Assembly (NCBI RefSeq): GCF_001194135.2
Contig: NC_068981.1
Coordinates: forward strand, 27,649,232 to 27,705,821
Length of the DNA stretch: 56,590 nucleotides
DNA from: Octopus bimaculoides
Taxonomy: Eukaryota
Direction: 5' to 3'
Shown here: one piece after another, positions 24,216 to 35,915 of the stretch
How positions within the stretch are numbered: position 1 is the first letter of the stretch
Layout: each line of letters opens with the position of its first letter
The notes under the pieces: model-generated
Databases searched by the model: none
Seen by the model: the letters and a program-made list of their open reading frames with translations, nothing else
Told to the model about the DNA's origin: nothing
Made by a program: the position numbers and the translations under genes

Positions 24216-26393
24216 ACTCTCAAATATCAACATGATGTTTTTCCTTTGTCTATTGATAAAAAACATGAGTAATACCACACACATTCATATTCTTTCTCAT
24301 TCTGTATACAAAGAATTTCGTTTGTTTATATTCAGGAACTTTTGGGTTAATATTTTCTCAATACCTCTTCTAATTATATAACACAATAGGAAATTTGGTG
24401 TACATCGGATACCGCCGATTTTTTCATTCACTGTGAGTTTATTTGTTATAGGAATAAAAGAAAAAATACCTACGATATTATTATATATATGTTTATGTCA
24501 TTTTGATCAAACTGTTTATGTCATCTACGTACTTATTTTACTGAAGAGAGAAACATCTTAAGTTTCACTGTTTAGGCGAGCATTTATATATATTTTTTTA
24601 TAATTAAATCAACATTTTGTAAAAATTTAGTACAAACTTCTTACAAGTTGCTTTTACGAATATCACGTAGTATATATCATGAGATATTCATACATAAAAT
24701 ATTCTTTTTGTTCTACAACATGTAATAAACATACATTCTTGTGCATTTAAAAAAAAATGGATATAACATGCATTGTCATAATTAGTTATGAAAATCCATC
24801 AACACTGAACCTCTTATATCAACACTTTTAGAAACACTGATAGAAGTACACAGGTACAATAGTGTGCCCTACCATGCTCAATGACTGGATTGAAGTGGTG
24901 TTTAAAGATTATAAACACGTATCGTAAACAGATTGCTCACGTTAGATATTTATGCTATGTTTCTATCATGTGATCAGTTACCCATTCGTAATCGATCTTT
25001 ATTTTAGATTGAAGATTATAGAACCATATCGTTTGGTTTATCAATCATTTTAATGTAGTGATATCCAGGTAGAAACTTTATATTCTATTGAATAGAGTCT
25101 AGCAACATTTTTTTCTTTACTTTTTCATTTTTCTTTAATGATCTGTTAAGAATTTCCCTTCACAATTACTTGGTTTTGAATTCAATCAAACTGCAAGTCG
25201 ACTAAATTATAATGATTGAAATTTCAAGGGCAAAAATTGTGTTCAAGTTCATCAGAAAAGTAAATATTCTCCTCGTATGAGAGACATAGCTAGTTTTCGG
25301 ATTTAGCTCCAACATCTGGTGTATGTCTATGTTTACAGAAGTCCAAATTGTTGAAAACATTAGAAGCAGGTCTTCGGTTTATATATAACTTCTTCCCTTC
25401 CTAGCAACAACCAGGGTAAGGGATTGCTAATGGTTCTGTATGGTAGTTCCTTTCCTCTGCGGACAAAAGTATTAAGAAAAAAACAAGGAATTCAATTTCG
25501 CTCTGCTAGTTGAAGAAATACTTACCAATTCAGCTGTACAACTACTAATTCCACTGGTGAATTGTACTAAACATCAACATTATTACTTCACTAAGGACTG
25601 CAGAACAACATTGTTGACTGCAGAACAACATTTCCTCTCAGAAAGTACAAGCCACCTGCACAAATTCTATTTTTTTCCTACTTTCCTATTAACTTATAAT
25701 AAAGTTAGTTGTATAAACGCACATTCTTGAAAGTGCACCAACCATATTATTTAAAATAGTCTTATTACAAAATTAAGCATTGTAGGACTTGATGCTTACA
25801 CCTCTAAGGCAGAACATAAATCCTGAAGAACTCCCAAGGTTCTATAAATTCAATTAGGCTAATTGCATCTCAGAATATATAATTCCAAGGGTAATTTTTG
25901 GAATAAAGATATTTTAAAAACATATATAATCATTGAAAACTGAAAGAGTAAAAAATATATAAAAAGCCATTGTAAGTACGATTTCGTATACAAGTTTTAT
26001 TTGTAGATCATATTGCTTTATGTTTGTTGCCAACGCTATCTCGGCTTCTTACTTTTTTATATAGTATATATGACAATCGATGATGGCAGATGTACAAGAA
26101 AATGATATTAAAATATATCACCTATCCTTATCATTATGGCAGAGTTCAAAAAGGACGATGGATAGCAGCTACAGTTGAACATTTGAGGAATAACTGGTAG
26201 TACACTATTACGTGCATAGCTTTTGCGTTCCCCAGTTCAAACCCGATGAATTTCAATTTTCCTCGAATCTTACTGGTATCAATATATAATTCTCATTCAA
26301 GTAGTATGACCGGCTTAAAATATCATAGGACGAATCTGAATCTTACACCATTTTCATTATTTTAGATACGATTAAAATTATTCTTAGTATTGG

Positions 26394-26415
26394 TATGATG
26401 ATGATGATGATGATG

Positions 26416-26464
<49 letters not shown>

Positions 26465-26511
26465 GGATGATGATGATGATGATGACGACGATGACGACGC
26501 CGACGACGACG
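26394..26511. repeat. (GAT)n/(GAC)n microsatellite
   Basis: Direct reading. Confidence 0.95.
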
Positions 26512-26673
26512 ACACCACAGAAAATAGCTTTGCTTGGCACCGCACACATCCTACGTGAAACATTTTTCAATACATTTAAAGTAACAAGGCCAAAACTAAC
26601 CACAGCACATACCCAAGACGCACAGATCTGCGCTTTGTAGTGCAGTATAAGCGCATGTTAATAATAATAATAA
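26512..26673 (+). mobile_element. R4/Dong-like extreme 3' end
   Basis: PQKIALLGTAHILR; 3' UTR ACCACAGCACATACCCAAG; (TAA)5 tail. Confidence 0.85.
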
Positions 26674-27333
26674 GCGTACGGGAGTGCATCAACAGTCAAA
26701 GAAGTAACATGGCAGAATATTTGGTAAAAAGGAAACAAGACCTACTACAGTATGCTGCTAATGCAGAAGGATTTACCAAAAATTCATGAATTCCGATAAT
26801 GAACAGCCAACAAGAGAGAAGAAGCCCTACCCCGCTTGGAATTACATGGTTAATTCTACCGTGAAGCTAATAGCTTAAAAGACCAGGAAGTGTCATGGAA
26901 GTGGCTCAGCAAGGATGACCTAAAAACGAAAACTGAATGCTTAATCATACATGCAATCAATACCAGCAGATGACAACGTTTCCCTAAAAGAAATGGAGAA
27001 ACTATCAAAATACAAAGACCTGGAAATAGAGGTAACTCGAATGTGGAATCTAAAAACAGAAACAATTCCTATCATAGTAGGTACCTTAGGTATAATAAAA
27101 AAAATATGCAGACAACTACATAACAAAAACACCAGGACTTACAAATATATATAACATACAGAAAATTGCACTACTGAGCACTGCAAACATCCTACGCATA
27201 ACACCTTCAATACAGTAACCATAAGAGCATCACAGCAAACCACAGCACATACCCAAGGCACACAGAGCTGCGCTCAGTAATTAAAGTGAAAGTACGTTAT
27301 AAAAATAAAACTGCTGAATAATAATAATAATAA
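26674..27333 (+). mobile_element. R4/Dong-like 3' fragment with internal deletion
   Basis: DLKTKTECLII joined to IPADDNVSLKEMEKLSKYKDLEIEVTRMWNLKTETIPIIVGTLG...QKIALLSTANILR; same 3' UTR; (TAA)n tail. Confidence 0.88.
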
Positions 27334-28707
27334 ACCAGAAGAGCAATTGTACTCATCTGATTAACCAGCTGAGTCACCACTCTAAACTAGATACAAACAA
27401 GCTTTAAAGTGAAGAGGACTTATTTAATTCCTATAACATATAACAGCGTGCACTACAATAAGGACGTGCACAGCGACGAATACAAATCGAAAGAAAGCCT
27501 GCACTATCAGAAAATGAGACCATCTATTTAGCAATAATGACAAAACTATAAAGAAAATGACTCAGTAGAATAATAAAAAAAATCTATCGTCGAAGACATC
27601 ATAAATTTTCACGTATATCGGAAATAATTTCTTTTGATCAGAGTTTGCTTTCTATTTACCTTATTCCTCTTTTAAAGTTTCTTGCTGTTCTGTTCTTCAA
27701 TAATCAGCTTTTATTTATTTATTCATTCATTTTTTTTTATTTTACTTTTCAATCGGTTTAGTATTTCGAAGACAAATAAAGACACCTGATAATGAGCTGC
27801 TGAAGCATACGACTATAATTTCTTTTAATTTATTGTTTGCAACACACATTGTAATTTGTTAAAGAAATCCAAATGACTGACATTAGCAAATATGGCAAAT
27901 TATTGTCTGAAATTTCACCGTTTCAATCATGATCAATTTAATTAAGATATCTTTATTTCACTCGGATAATGATATTCTTCAATAATTTTTTTGTCTCCTT
28001 TATTCGTTTGTTTGTCTACGTCAGACGAAATTGTGTTTTTAAATGTTATTTTTAATTATATTTTATTTTCGATTTGACGACGGTCTCGATTTTCAATAAA
28101 ATAAATGATGAATTATACGCCAACTATAATTGTGCTCTATTTCTGTTAGCCATAATTAATTGTTGCATATCAATGAATGAATTACCAGGTATCTTCAAAA
28201 TTACTATAAATTTCATACAATGTAATATTTCCCGATTTGCGAAATTTTAACTTTTCTTTTTCTTTAAATTCGGGCGGAGATGGTGTGTAAGTGAGGTCTC
28301 TTTTTTATTTATTAAATAGTAGTTTTATGTTAATTCTCAAATAATCAATTTACTATTTATTTCGTGGTTAAATTGGTGATAGCCTTGTTAGATCGATTTT
28401 TTTTTTCGTACTTTCTACGTCAGTTAATAATGCTGAAAATTGACGCATATATTTTGTTTACATTCTATTTTTGAATTCTGTATTGCTGCTGTTGGGTGAA
28501 GTGAATAAACTCCTTCACACCATCTTTTGATACAATTGCTAAAAGCTTCTGTGCAACAAGTAGTTCTTTACTCTTTAAGGTCAGAAAGAAGAAATAATAA
28601 ATGCGTCAAACAGAAATACATGATGGATAGATGGATAGACAAAAGAGATATAGCTATATATGTATGTACTGTGCACGTGCACACACATGCACACATATAC
28701 ACATTCG

Positions 28708-28883
28708 CCATGATAGATCGCTGACCACTACATTTATTTTTTTTCTCCTTGTTTCTCTCCTTATTTCTTTGTGTTCATTTCAGTTGAAGAGCGTAGCTCG
28801 AAACGTCAAAGACCTTCTCTATTCCCGAGCGTTAAACAAATACATCCATTTGTTGTTTACACCACCTGTCTTCGTCTTGTTTT
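28708..28883 (+). mobile_element. Short dispersed repeat with hammerhead-like motif, second copy
   Basis: CCATGATAGATCGCT...CAGTTGAA-GAGC-GTA-GCTC-GAAACGTC-AAAGA...TTCCCGAGC...AATTCTCC; homologous to 7976-8172. Confidence 0.65.
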
Positions 28884-28905
28884 TTTTTTCGTAAATTCTC
28901 CTACA

Positions 28906-28941
<36 letters not shown>

Positions 28942-30703
28942 TGTATACATGTGTGTGTGCGCGCGCGTGTATGTATGTATATACATATATACATATTAAA
29001 AATGTATATATATGTATATATACATACATACACACATAGAACTTAAGATAATAGGTACATAATATTTGTCAACTGTTTTAGGTAAAACAAAAAGGTTTTG
29101 TGCATTATACAATTACAATTTTCTTTTTATGAGTTATTTTATTGCAGATTTATTGACAATACTAATTAACTACAGAAATATGCCAATACAAATCTTACTC
29201 ATATGACAAGATCAAAAGGAAAGGGAGCCACTGTGTTTTCAACTCTCTAAATTGTATTTCTGGATTACAAAAGCATAATCTATGTGATCATTTAAACAAA
29301 TTATATCTGTACTTTAGATAACCCGTCCACCGCAGCAGAATCGGTATCCTAAAAGCACTTTGGTAATGTTTGTCTATGAGGGCCTCTATTCTACCTCACC
29401 CCATCCTTTCTCTGACTTGTCTACATATTGTCCCTCACACTTCATCCCTTAACATCCATTAGTTTTCTATCACCTGAGAACAGAGTAGCCACATTCTATA
29501 TCTCACTGCTTTATAGAGAGGGAGCGGAGAGACAAGCAGAAAGAAAGTTATACATAGAAAGAGAAGGAGAGAGACAGGCAGAGAAAAATCACAACTGAAA
29601 GCAAACTAAAACCCAAAAGAATTACCTTCGATAATTAAATACATTGCTGTTTATAACGTCAGAGAAAATATATTCCAATTTACAATTGGCTTCGGATCTC
29701 AGAAAATTTGTCAGTTCAGAAAGGTTAATTGCTACAAGAATTTTGGTGAAGGTGAATTGAATTGAAAAGAAGTAAAGAGCTGAAATGTCCTACAGCAGTG
29801 GAATGGTATTTTCTTCCAATAACATAATCGGTTTCTATTTCGTGCCAGATGGGTCTCAACAAATGAATATGACAATCTATTTAGTACTTAGTATTAATCA
29901 CGTAAGAATTAATTAGCCTATTTCTGAAACTGTTCTCTCATATTTACACAATTAAACCGGTTAAAAACGATTGAGTCATCTTTAAAGAAAAAGCAGCTAC
30001 ATTCACTTAAATCACACTGCAATACCTTTAAATAAGGGCACATAAGTACACGCTACCCGATATATANNNNNNNNNNNNNNNNNNNNNNNNNNNNNNNNNN
30101 NNNNNNNNNNNNNNNNNNNNNNNNNNNNNNNNNNNNNNNNNNNNNNNNNNNNNNNNNNNNNNNNNNNNNNNNNNNNNNNNNNNNNNNNNNNNNNNNNNNN
30201 NNNNNNNNNNNNNNNNNNNNNNNNNNNNNNNNNNNNNNNNNNNNNNNNNNNNNNNNNNNNNNNNNNNNNNNNNNNNNNNNNNNNNNNNNNNNNNNNNNNN
30301 NNNNNNNNNNNNNNNNNNNNNNNNNNNNNNNNNNNNNNNNNNNNNNNNNNNNNNNNNNNNNNNNNNNNNNNNNNNNNNNNNNNNNNNNNNNNNNNNNNNN
30401 NNNNNNNNNNNNNNNNNNNNNNNNNNNNNNNNNNNNNNNNNNNNNNNNNNNNNNNNNNNNNNNNNNNNNNNNNNNNNNNNNNNNNNNNNNNNNNNNNNNN
30501 NNNNNNNNNNNNNNNNNNNNNNNNNNNNNNNNNNNNNNNNNNNNNNNNNNNNNNNNNNNNNNNNNNNNNNNNNNNNNNNNNNNNNNNNNNNNNNNNNNNN
30601 NNNNNNNNNNNNNNNNNNNNNNNNNNNNNNNNNNNNNNNNNNNNNNNNNNNNNNNNNNNNNNNNNNACTGGAGATTCAGTAAACAACACGTGGTAAAATT
30701 ATG

Positions 30704-30912
30704 AGTTGAAAATATGTAAAGAAAGATGAAGAAAAATGCCTTCGTTTCACATAGTTTAATATTTTTTTTATATAAATATATACATATTATATGGGTGTTG
30801 TAAAATCCTTTTACAGCACTCATATAATATGTATATATTTATATATAAAAAAATTATTAATCAATGTGAAACGAAGGCATTTTTCTTCATCTTTCTTTAC
30901 ATATTTTCAACT
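30704..30912. repeat. Near-perfect 209-bp palindrome (MITE-like)
   Basis: Arms 30704-30805 and 30809-30912, 3-nt loop TCC; outer 49 bp perfectly complementary. Confidence 0.9.
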
Positions 30913-31444
30913 TATATATATATATACACACATAATAACAGCAGCATTTCCAGTTTTGAAATACATCTGACGAAGGTTAAGCTAAAACTAAACAACAATA
31001 TCAATAACAACAAACGCATACAAAGCAGTGAATGCTGAAGGAAACGGAGAAAATAAGTGACAGAAGGTGAGCGAGAGGGAGAGAATGAGAAAGTGAGAAA
31101 GAGGGAGAAAGAGGGGCTCGGAGAAAGAGAAGGGGAGGTTGCAATTTCAGGAAGTGGAAGTGTTTATCAATGAGATTTGTGAGAGAATAATACGTCAGAT
31201 ACTATTCTCTTTAATAGAAAAGGTGGACAGTCTTAAAGTATATATCATACTAGTTCAGAGGAGCAGGAGTCTCTTGGTATTGTCTGATTTAATATATATG
31301 AAAACATGGGTTTACTAGCTAATGTAACATTGATGAGAATCTTTGGTAATCTGCTGAATGACCTTTATTGGAGACCGCGATCGTTTGTGTCTCCTGTCAC
31401 CAGCTTCATATAAGGCATCAAAAACAGAAAGAAAATATGTACAC

Positions 31445-32670
31445 AGTTCATTGTGCGAGAAGTATCTGAGGACACTTAATTATCAGTATATTAATCTCTT
31501 CAAACCAATTAAAAGGTTTATATGTTTTCCGATCATTACATGATAAAATACTAACACCTGAAATGAAAAAAATGAAAAAAAAAAAAAAGACACGCAGTAA
31601 TTGTGATCATATGCGCTGAACACAGCAATTTAAAAAATTGTCAGCTTTCTTAGTTTTGTAAGATCTTTTCTATGCACTGTTCTCATGAAATTGGAAGCCT
31701 TTGGCAGGAATGTATACAATGTATGAACGTTCGGATACTATAACGACACTGTAATTCATCTCACAAGATAAAATAATTGTCGATGAAATCCCAGAAAAAA
31801 ATCAGTAAAAGCTATGACCAAATAACTTTAGGTGTCGAAGTAGACAATTCTATATGAGTTGCATGAGGGCATTCCATATAAATCTCATGTAGTCAGAAAA
31901 GTCCAGTTCTTCTCCGCAAAGACCCAAGAAAACTGTGTCACCTGTGCTAGGCGATTGCTGAATAAGGTTGAAAATCTTCACAAACAAAGTATTCTTTGGT
32001 TCTCTCATCAGAAAAACTGCGACCAATACCAAACGTCTAACGAGAGAAATGATTATGTGCCGATCCTTCTGATGTCTCAGAGTGATGCGCGCTAAATTTG
32101 CAGTAGCTGTTTAGACGATTTTAGAAGTGGTTAGCATAAAGACTCATATCATACTACCTTATATATTTAAGAATTAATAATGCTGGATATGCTGAGATAC
32201 TGTGATTACAGTTATTAATCCCTAGATGGATAAAGTAAGCAGTGGAAGGAGGGTTTCAATACTGCTCAGGACCTGCTCACAAAACCCTTATAAACCAAGA
32301 ATCGATGTCAGACAATCTTTATGATTATAAAACAGCAAACTTTTATGTTTCAAGCTCACCAGATTTAAATACCATAAACTAAAATCTTTGGAGTATTGTT
32401 GAAAGCGATATTAATTGATATCTTCACTATACCATACCTTCAATGAAGGAGCTGTACATGATGTTCGAAATTAATAAAGACCACTTACTTTCACTGCAGG
32501 TATGTCAAAGATCGGTTCCACATTGAAGCCATCATCAAAGCTGAAAACAGTTTCAGAGAGAGTTTATCGGGAACATAGAAACAAAGTTATTAGGAAGCAT
32601 TTAGTTTTAGGTAAATTAGATTAGCACTGAATTAACAAATATTTTTTGAAATACCTCTCGCATTTTATGT
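31445..32670 (+). mobile_element. Decayed maT/DD37D-like Tc1-mariner transposon, near full length
   Basis: KKRHAVIV, YKSHVVRKVQF, ILWFSHQKNCDQ (FSDEKNFDQ), WMDKVSSGR, SSPDLN, HIEAIIKAE; TIR remnants TGCGAGAAGTAT (31454) / ATACCTCTCGCA (32651). Confidence 0.8.
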
Positions 32671-32977
32671 ATATTTATATTATAAATGCGTATGTGGGTG
32701 GGTGTGTATCGGTGCTTGTTTGTTCGTTCTTATGTGTGTATATGTGTGTGTTTATCATTACACGATTCTAAAAATTATTTCAACAAATGTTTTGGCGTTT
32801 TATAGGACATAAAGGAGATAGACAAAATGACATTAATTCTATAAATATCAAACTGAAACCAGAAATAGAATAAAATTCACGCGAGGTTTTGAATAATATA
32901 TTTTTATATAAAAGCAATCGTTAAGCTTTGATAAAAAGTATACGCATTTTATATTACATATTTATTTATACTATATA

Positions 32978-33894
32978 TTGGGTCATTCCATAAATAATGC
33001 GGTTTTATACTTCTTTTATTTTTGAAAATTAAGATAAACAAAGTTTCTTTTTTAATCTAATCTCCTTGATTTTATACAATGCTCTTCCATCTATCAGGTA
33101 GACGTGCAAGTTCCCTCTTCCAAAATTTACTTGTTCGTGACGAAAAATACTCCTCCAGTACATTTCTGACCTCCTCTACAGAATTCATGCTTTTTTCCGT
33201 CCAGATGTTTTGAAGCTTGCGGAATAAATGATAATCAGATGGGGTAATGTCCGGCGAATATGATGGGTGGGGCATCGTTTCCCATTCAAACTGCTTCAGC
33301 CTTTGGAAATGTCATCCTCGCTGTATGTGGCCGAGCATTATCCTGATTGGAAGAACACCTTTCGTCTTGAAACCAAGGATGGTCATTTTTCTTCTAGTTC
33401 TGACTTGAATAACTGGTTGAATGACCAAATCCAAACTCCTCTGCAAGTACCTCAAGAATTATGATGGGATTTTCTTCAACTAGAGTTTGCAGGACGTCCT
33501 CATCGAGCTCTACAGATTTCCCACGACGCGGTTCGTCTTCTAGGCTGTAGTGTCCAGCTTGGAATTTCTGGAACCAACATTGACACTAACTTACGCTTGT
33601 CATCCGATCCCCATATATTGCATTACTATTCCTCGCACTTTCCGTTGCATTGCTGCCTTTATTGAACTCATAAAGCAAAATATGCTGAATATGCTTCTTT
33701 GTCACTTCCGTTATAGCTTTGAAAAAATAACTGTTAAAATCGAATTTCACTCTTCAAAACTTGCACTAAGAATAAGTACAAGGTAACATTACTACCTGTT
33801 TTTATAACAAGTTGATACAGATAGTTTATCCCGTTACCTTCCGACTTTTACTTCATGCAATTGTAAAATCCGCATTATTTATGAGATGACACAA
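32978..33894 (-). mobile_element. mariner (DD34D-type) transposon, internally deleted, with TIRs and TA TSD
   Basis: TIR TTGGGTCATTCCATAAATAATGCGG / CCGCATTATTTATGAGATGACACAA, TA on both sides; ILLYEFNKG, QDNARPHTA, HPSYSPDITPSDYHLFR; start codon position reads ACG (33709-33711). Confidence 0.93.
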
Positions 33895-34044
33895 TAATGC
33901 AAATATAGTTTAATATTATCTTAATATTGTCTTAATTTTAAAGGTGATTAAACTGATTTCGTATATAAAGAACCGACCTTAGAAAGTGAGATAATATCGT
34001 GATAATAAAGTGAGAAGAGTTGATCAGCTTACACAAATGCTGCT

Positions 34045-34110
34045 GTATATTTTGACACCTAGACGGACATAAAGTAAAATTGACCTCAGCGAGATTTGAA
34101 CTCAGAACTT
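34045..34110 (-). mobile_element. SINE family B fragment
   Basis: TTGACCTCAGCGAGATTTGAACTCAGAAC. Confidence 0.6.
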
Positions 34111-34177
34111 GGTTTAGCCATCTCATTATTTTTCAGTCAATGTGTATTAAAGCTAGCATTAATTAGAGTATCAGTTA

Positions 34178-34555
34178 AGACGGCGAACTAGCAGAGTTAT
34201 TAGCACACCGGGCGAAGTGCTTAATGGTATTTCGTCTGCCGTTACGTTCTGAGTTCAAATTCCGCCGAGGTCGACTTTCGTTTCATCCTTTTGGGGTTGA
34301 TAAATTAAGTACTGGTTACGCACTGGGGTCGATGTAATCGACTTAATCCGTTCGTCTGTTCTTGTTTGTTCCCTCTATGTTTAGCCCCTTGTGGGCAATA
34401 ACCAAATAGGTATTTCGTCTGCCGTTATGTTCTGAGATGAGGTTGACTTTTCTTTTTATATTCTAGGGATCGATAAATTAAGTACCAGTTGAGTACTGAG
34501 GTCGATGTAATCGACTAGACCTCTCACCAAAATTTCAGGCCTTGTGCCTATAATT
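34178..34555 (+). mobile_element. SINE family B with tandem second body unit
   Basis: Full head and body, then a restart at GGTATTTCGTCTGCCGTTA (about 34409) with the GGCCTTGTGCC tail. Confidence 0.85.
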
Positions 34556-34598
34556 AATGTATTAATAATTAATGCCTATAATTAATGTATTATCTATT

Positions 34599-34775
34599 CC
34601 GGCGAGCTGGCAGAATCGTTAGCACGCCGAGTGAAATGCCTAGCAGTATTTCGTCTGCCACTACGTTCTGAGTTCAAATTTTGCTGAGGTTGACTCTTCC
34701 TTTTATCCTTTAGGGGGTCGATGTAATCGACTGTCAAAAATGCAGGCCTTGTGCGAATAGTAGAAAGAATTAATA
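34599..34775 (+). mobile_element. SINE family B
   Basis: GGCGAGCTGGCAGAATCGTTAGCACGCC...GAGTTCAAATT...GGCCTTGTGCGAATAGTAGAAAG. Confidence 0.88.
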
Positions 34776-35105
34776 TATTATTAGTTTTATTTTTAACATT
34801 ATATGGTGTAAAATTGTCTACTATGTTTTGGAGACCAACCAACTGCTTTTTTTAATAGTTGGGTCAAGTGAAAGAGAAAAAAGAAATCTATAAGATAATG
34901 TATTCAAAGAAAAATAAAATATTTGTATCTACATAACATTATCAGTTACTATATATANNNNNNNNNNNNNNNNNNNNNNNNNNNNNNNNNNNNNNNNNNN
35001 NNNNATATATATATATATATATATATATATATAACGGGCGATGAAGGAATGAGGAGAAAGGAGCGATACAAAACAAGTAACTAACTACCTTACAGTTACC
35101 ATTAG

Positions 35106-35201
35106 CAGCAAATTGCTACAATAAATATACTGGTCTTTGAGGGATTTCATTATGAATGTGTGAATAAAGACAGTCTCTTGTTGGAGCAGCTGGTGACTGA
35201 G
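35106..35201 (+). CDS. Candidate 96-nt internal exon (QQIATINILVFEGFHYECVNKDSLLLEQLVTE), unverified
   Basis: CTAAC branch-like site, TAGCAG (NAGNAG) acceptor, open phase 0-0 frame, GAG|GTATGT donor; no homology recognised. Confidence 0.22.
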
Positions 35202-35915
35202 GTATGTACCAGTCACGACAAGAAACTAGAGAAATATGTTTGTTCGCTTTCTTATTTCTTTTTACCTCTTTCTGTCTCCGTCGTTCTCGTCAAATTTCAA
35301 TACAGTCTCTCTGTCTCTCTCTCTCTTTCTCTCTTTCTCTCTTTCTCTTTATATTTACTCTCTCTCTCTCGCCTTCGCTATTTACTCTCTTTCACACCTC
35401 CTCCCTTACGGATAGCTGGTACGTTTCGCCACAACTCTTTCGTTATTGATAGTATACTTACAAACATACTCTGGAACTTAGGGATCATTCAGTAAATTGT
35501 TTTGGTGAACGCGACACGCTTATGTGTTTGTGATTATACGTGCTTGTATACTATGTATCTTTATGTGTGTGTTTGAGCGTATATCTGTATCTGTGTGAGC
35601 AGGTATGCATATCAAGGAATTATTATTGAGTTAAAATATTACTTTATATTTTCTATAACACGCTACAATGACGGTTAACATTTTGTGATAAACACACACA
35701 CACACACACACACATACACACACACACGCACACACACATACACACACACATGCACACAATTATGCGCACACGCATACATATATGTGTGTGCGCGTGCGTG
35801 TTTGTATGTGTGTATGTGTTTTGTATGTACAGATTTTGAGACAAAATTGTACAATTGAATGCATGAGAATAAGTAGTACAAAATGCATTTTGTATTTCTG
35901 AAATTGTTTATGTAT

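Noticed and set aside
24022-24381. 119-aa ORF with a hydrophobic stretch
   Set aside because: Composed of a Tigger-like end, a SINE/LINE tail and AT-rich flank
25335-25680. Splice-like signals on both strands (TTTACAG...CAGG|GTAAGG; minus TTG|GTAAGT)
   Set aside because: All frames are closed for the best acceptor-donor pairs; cannot support coding exons
31352-31420. Minus-strand AGDRRHKRSRSPIK resembling an SR-protein exon
   Set aside because: Weak acceptor and donor, only 14 codons; likely chance
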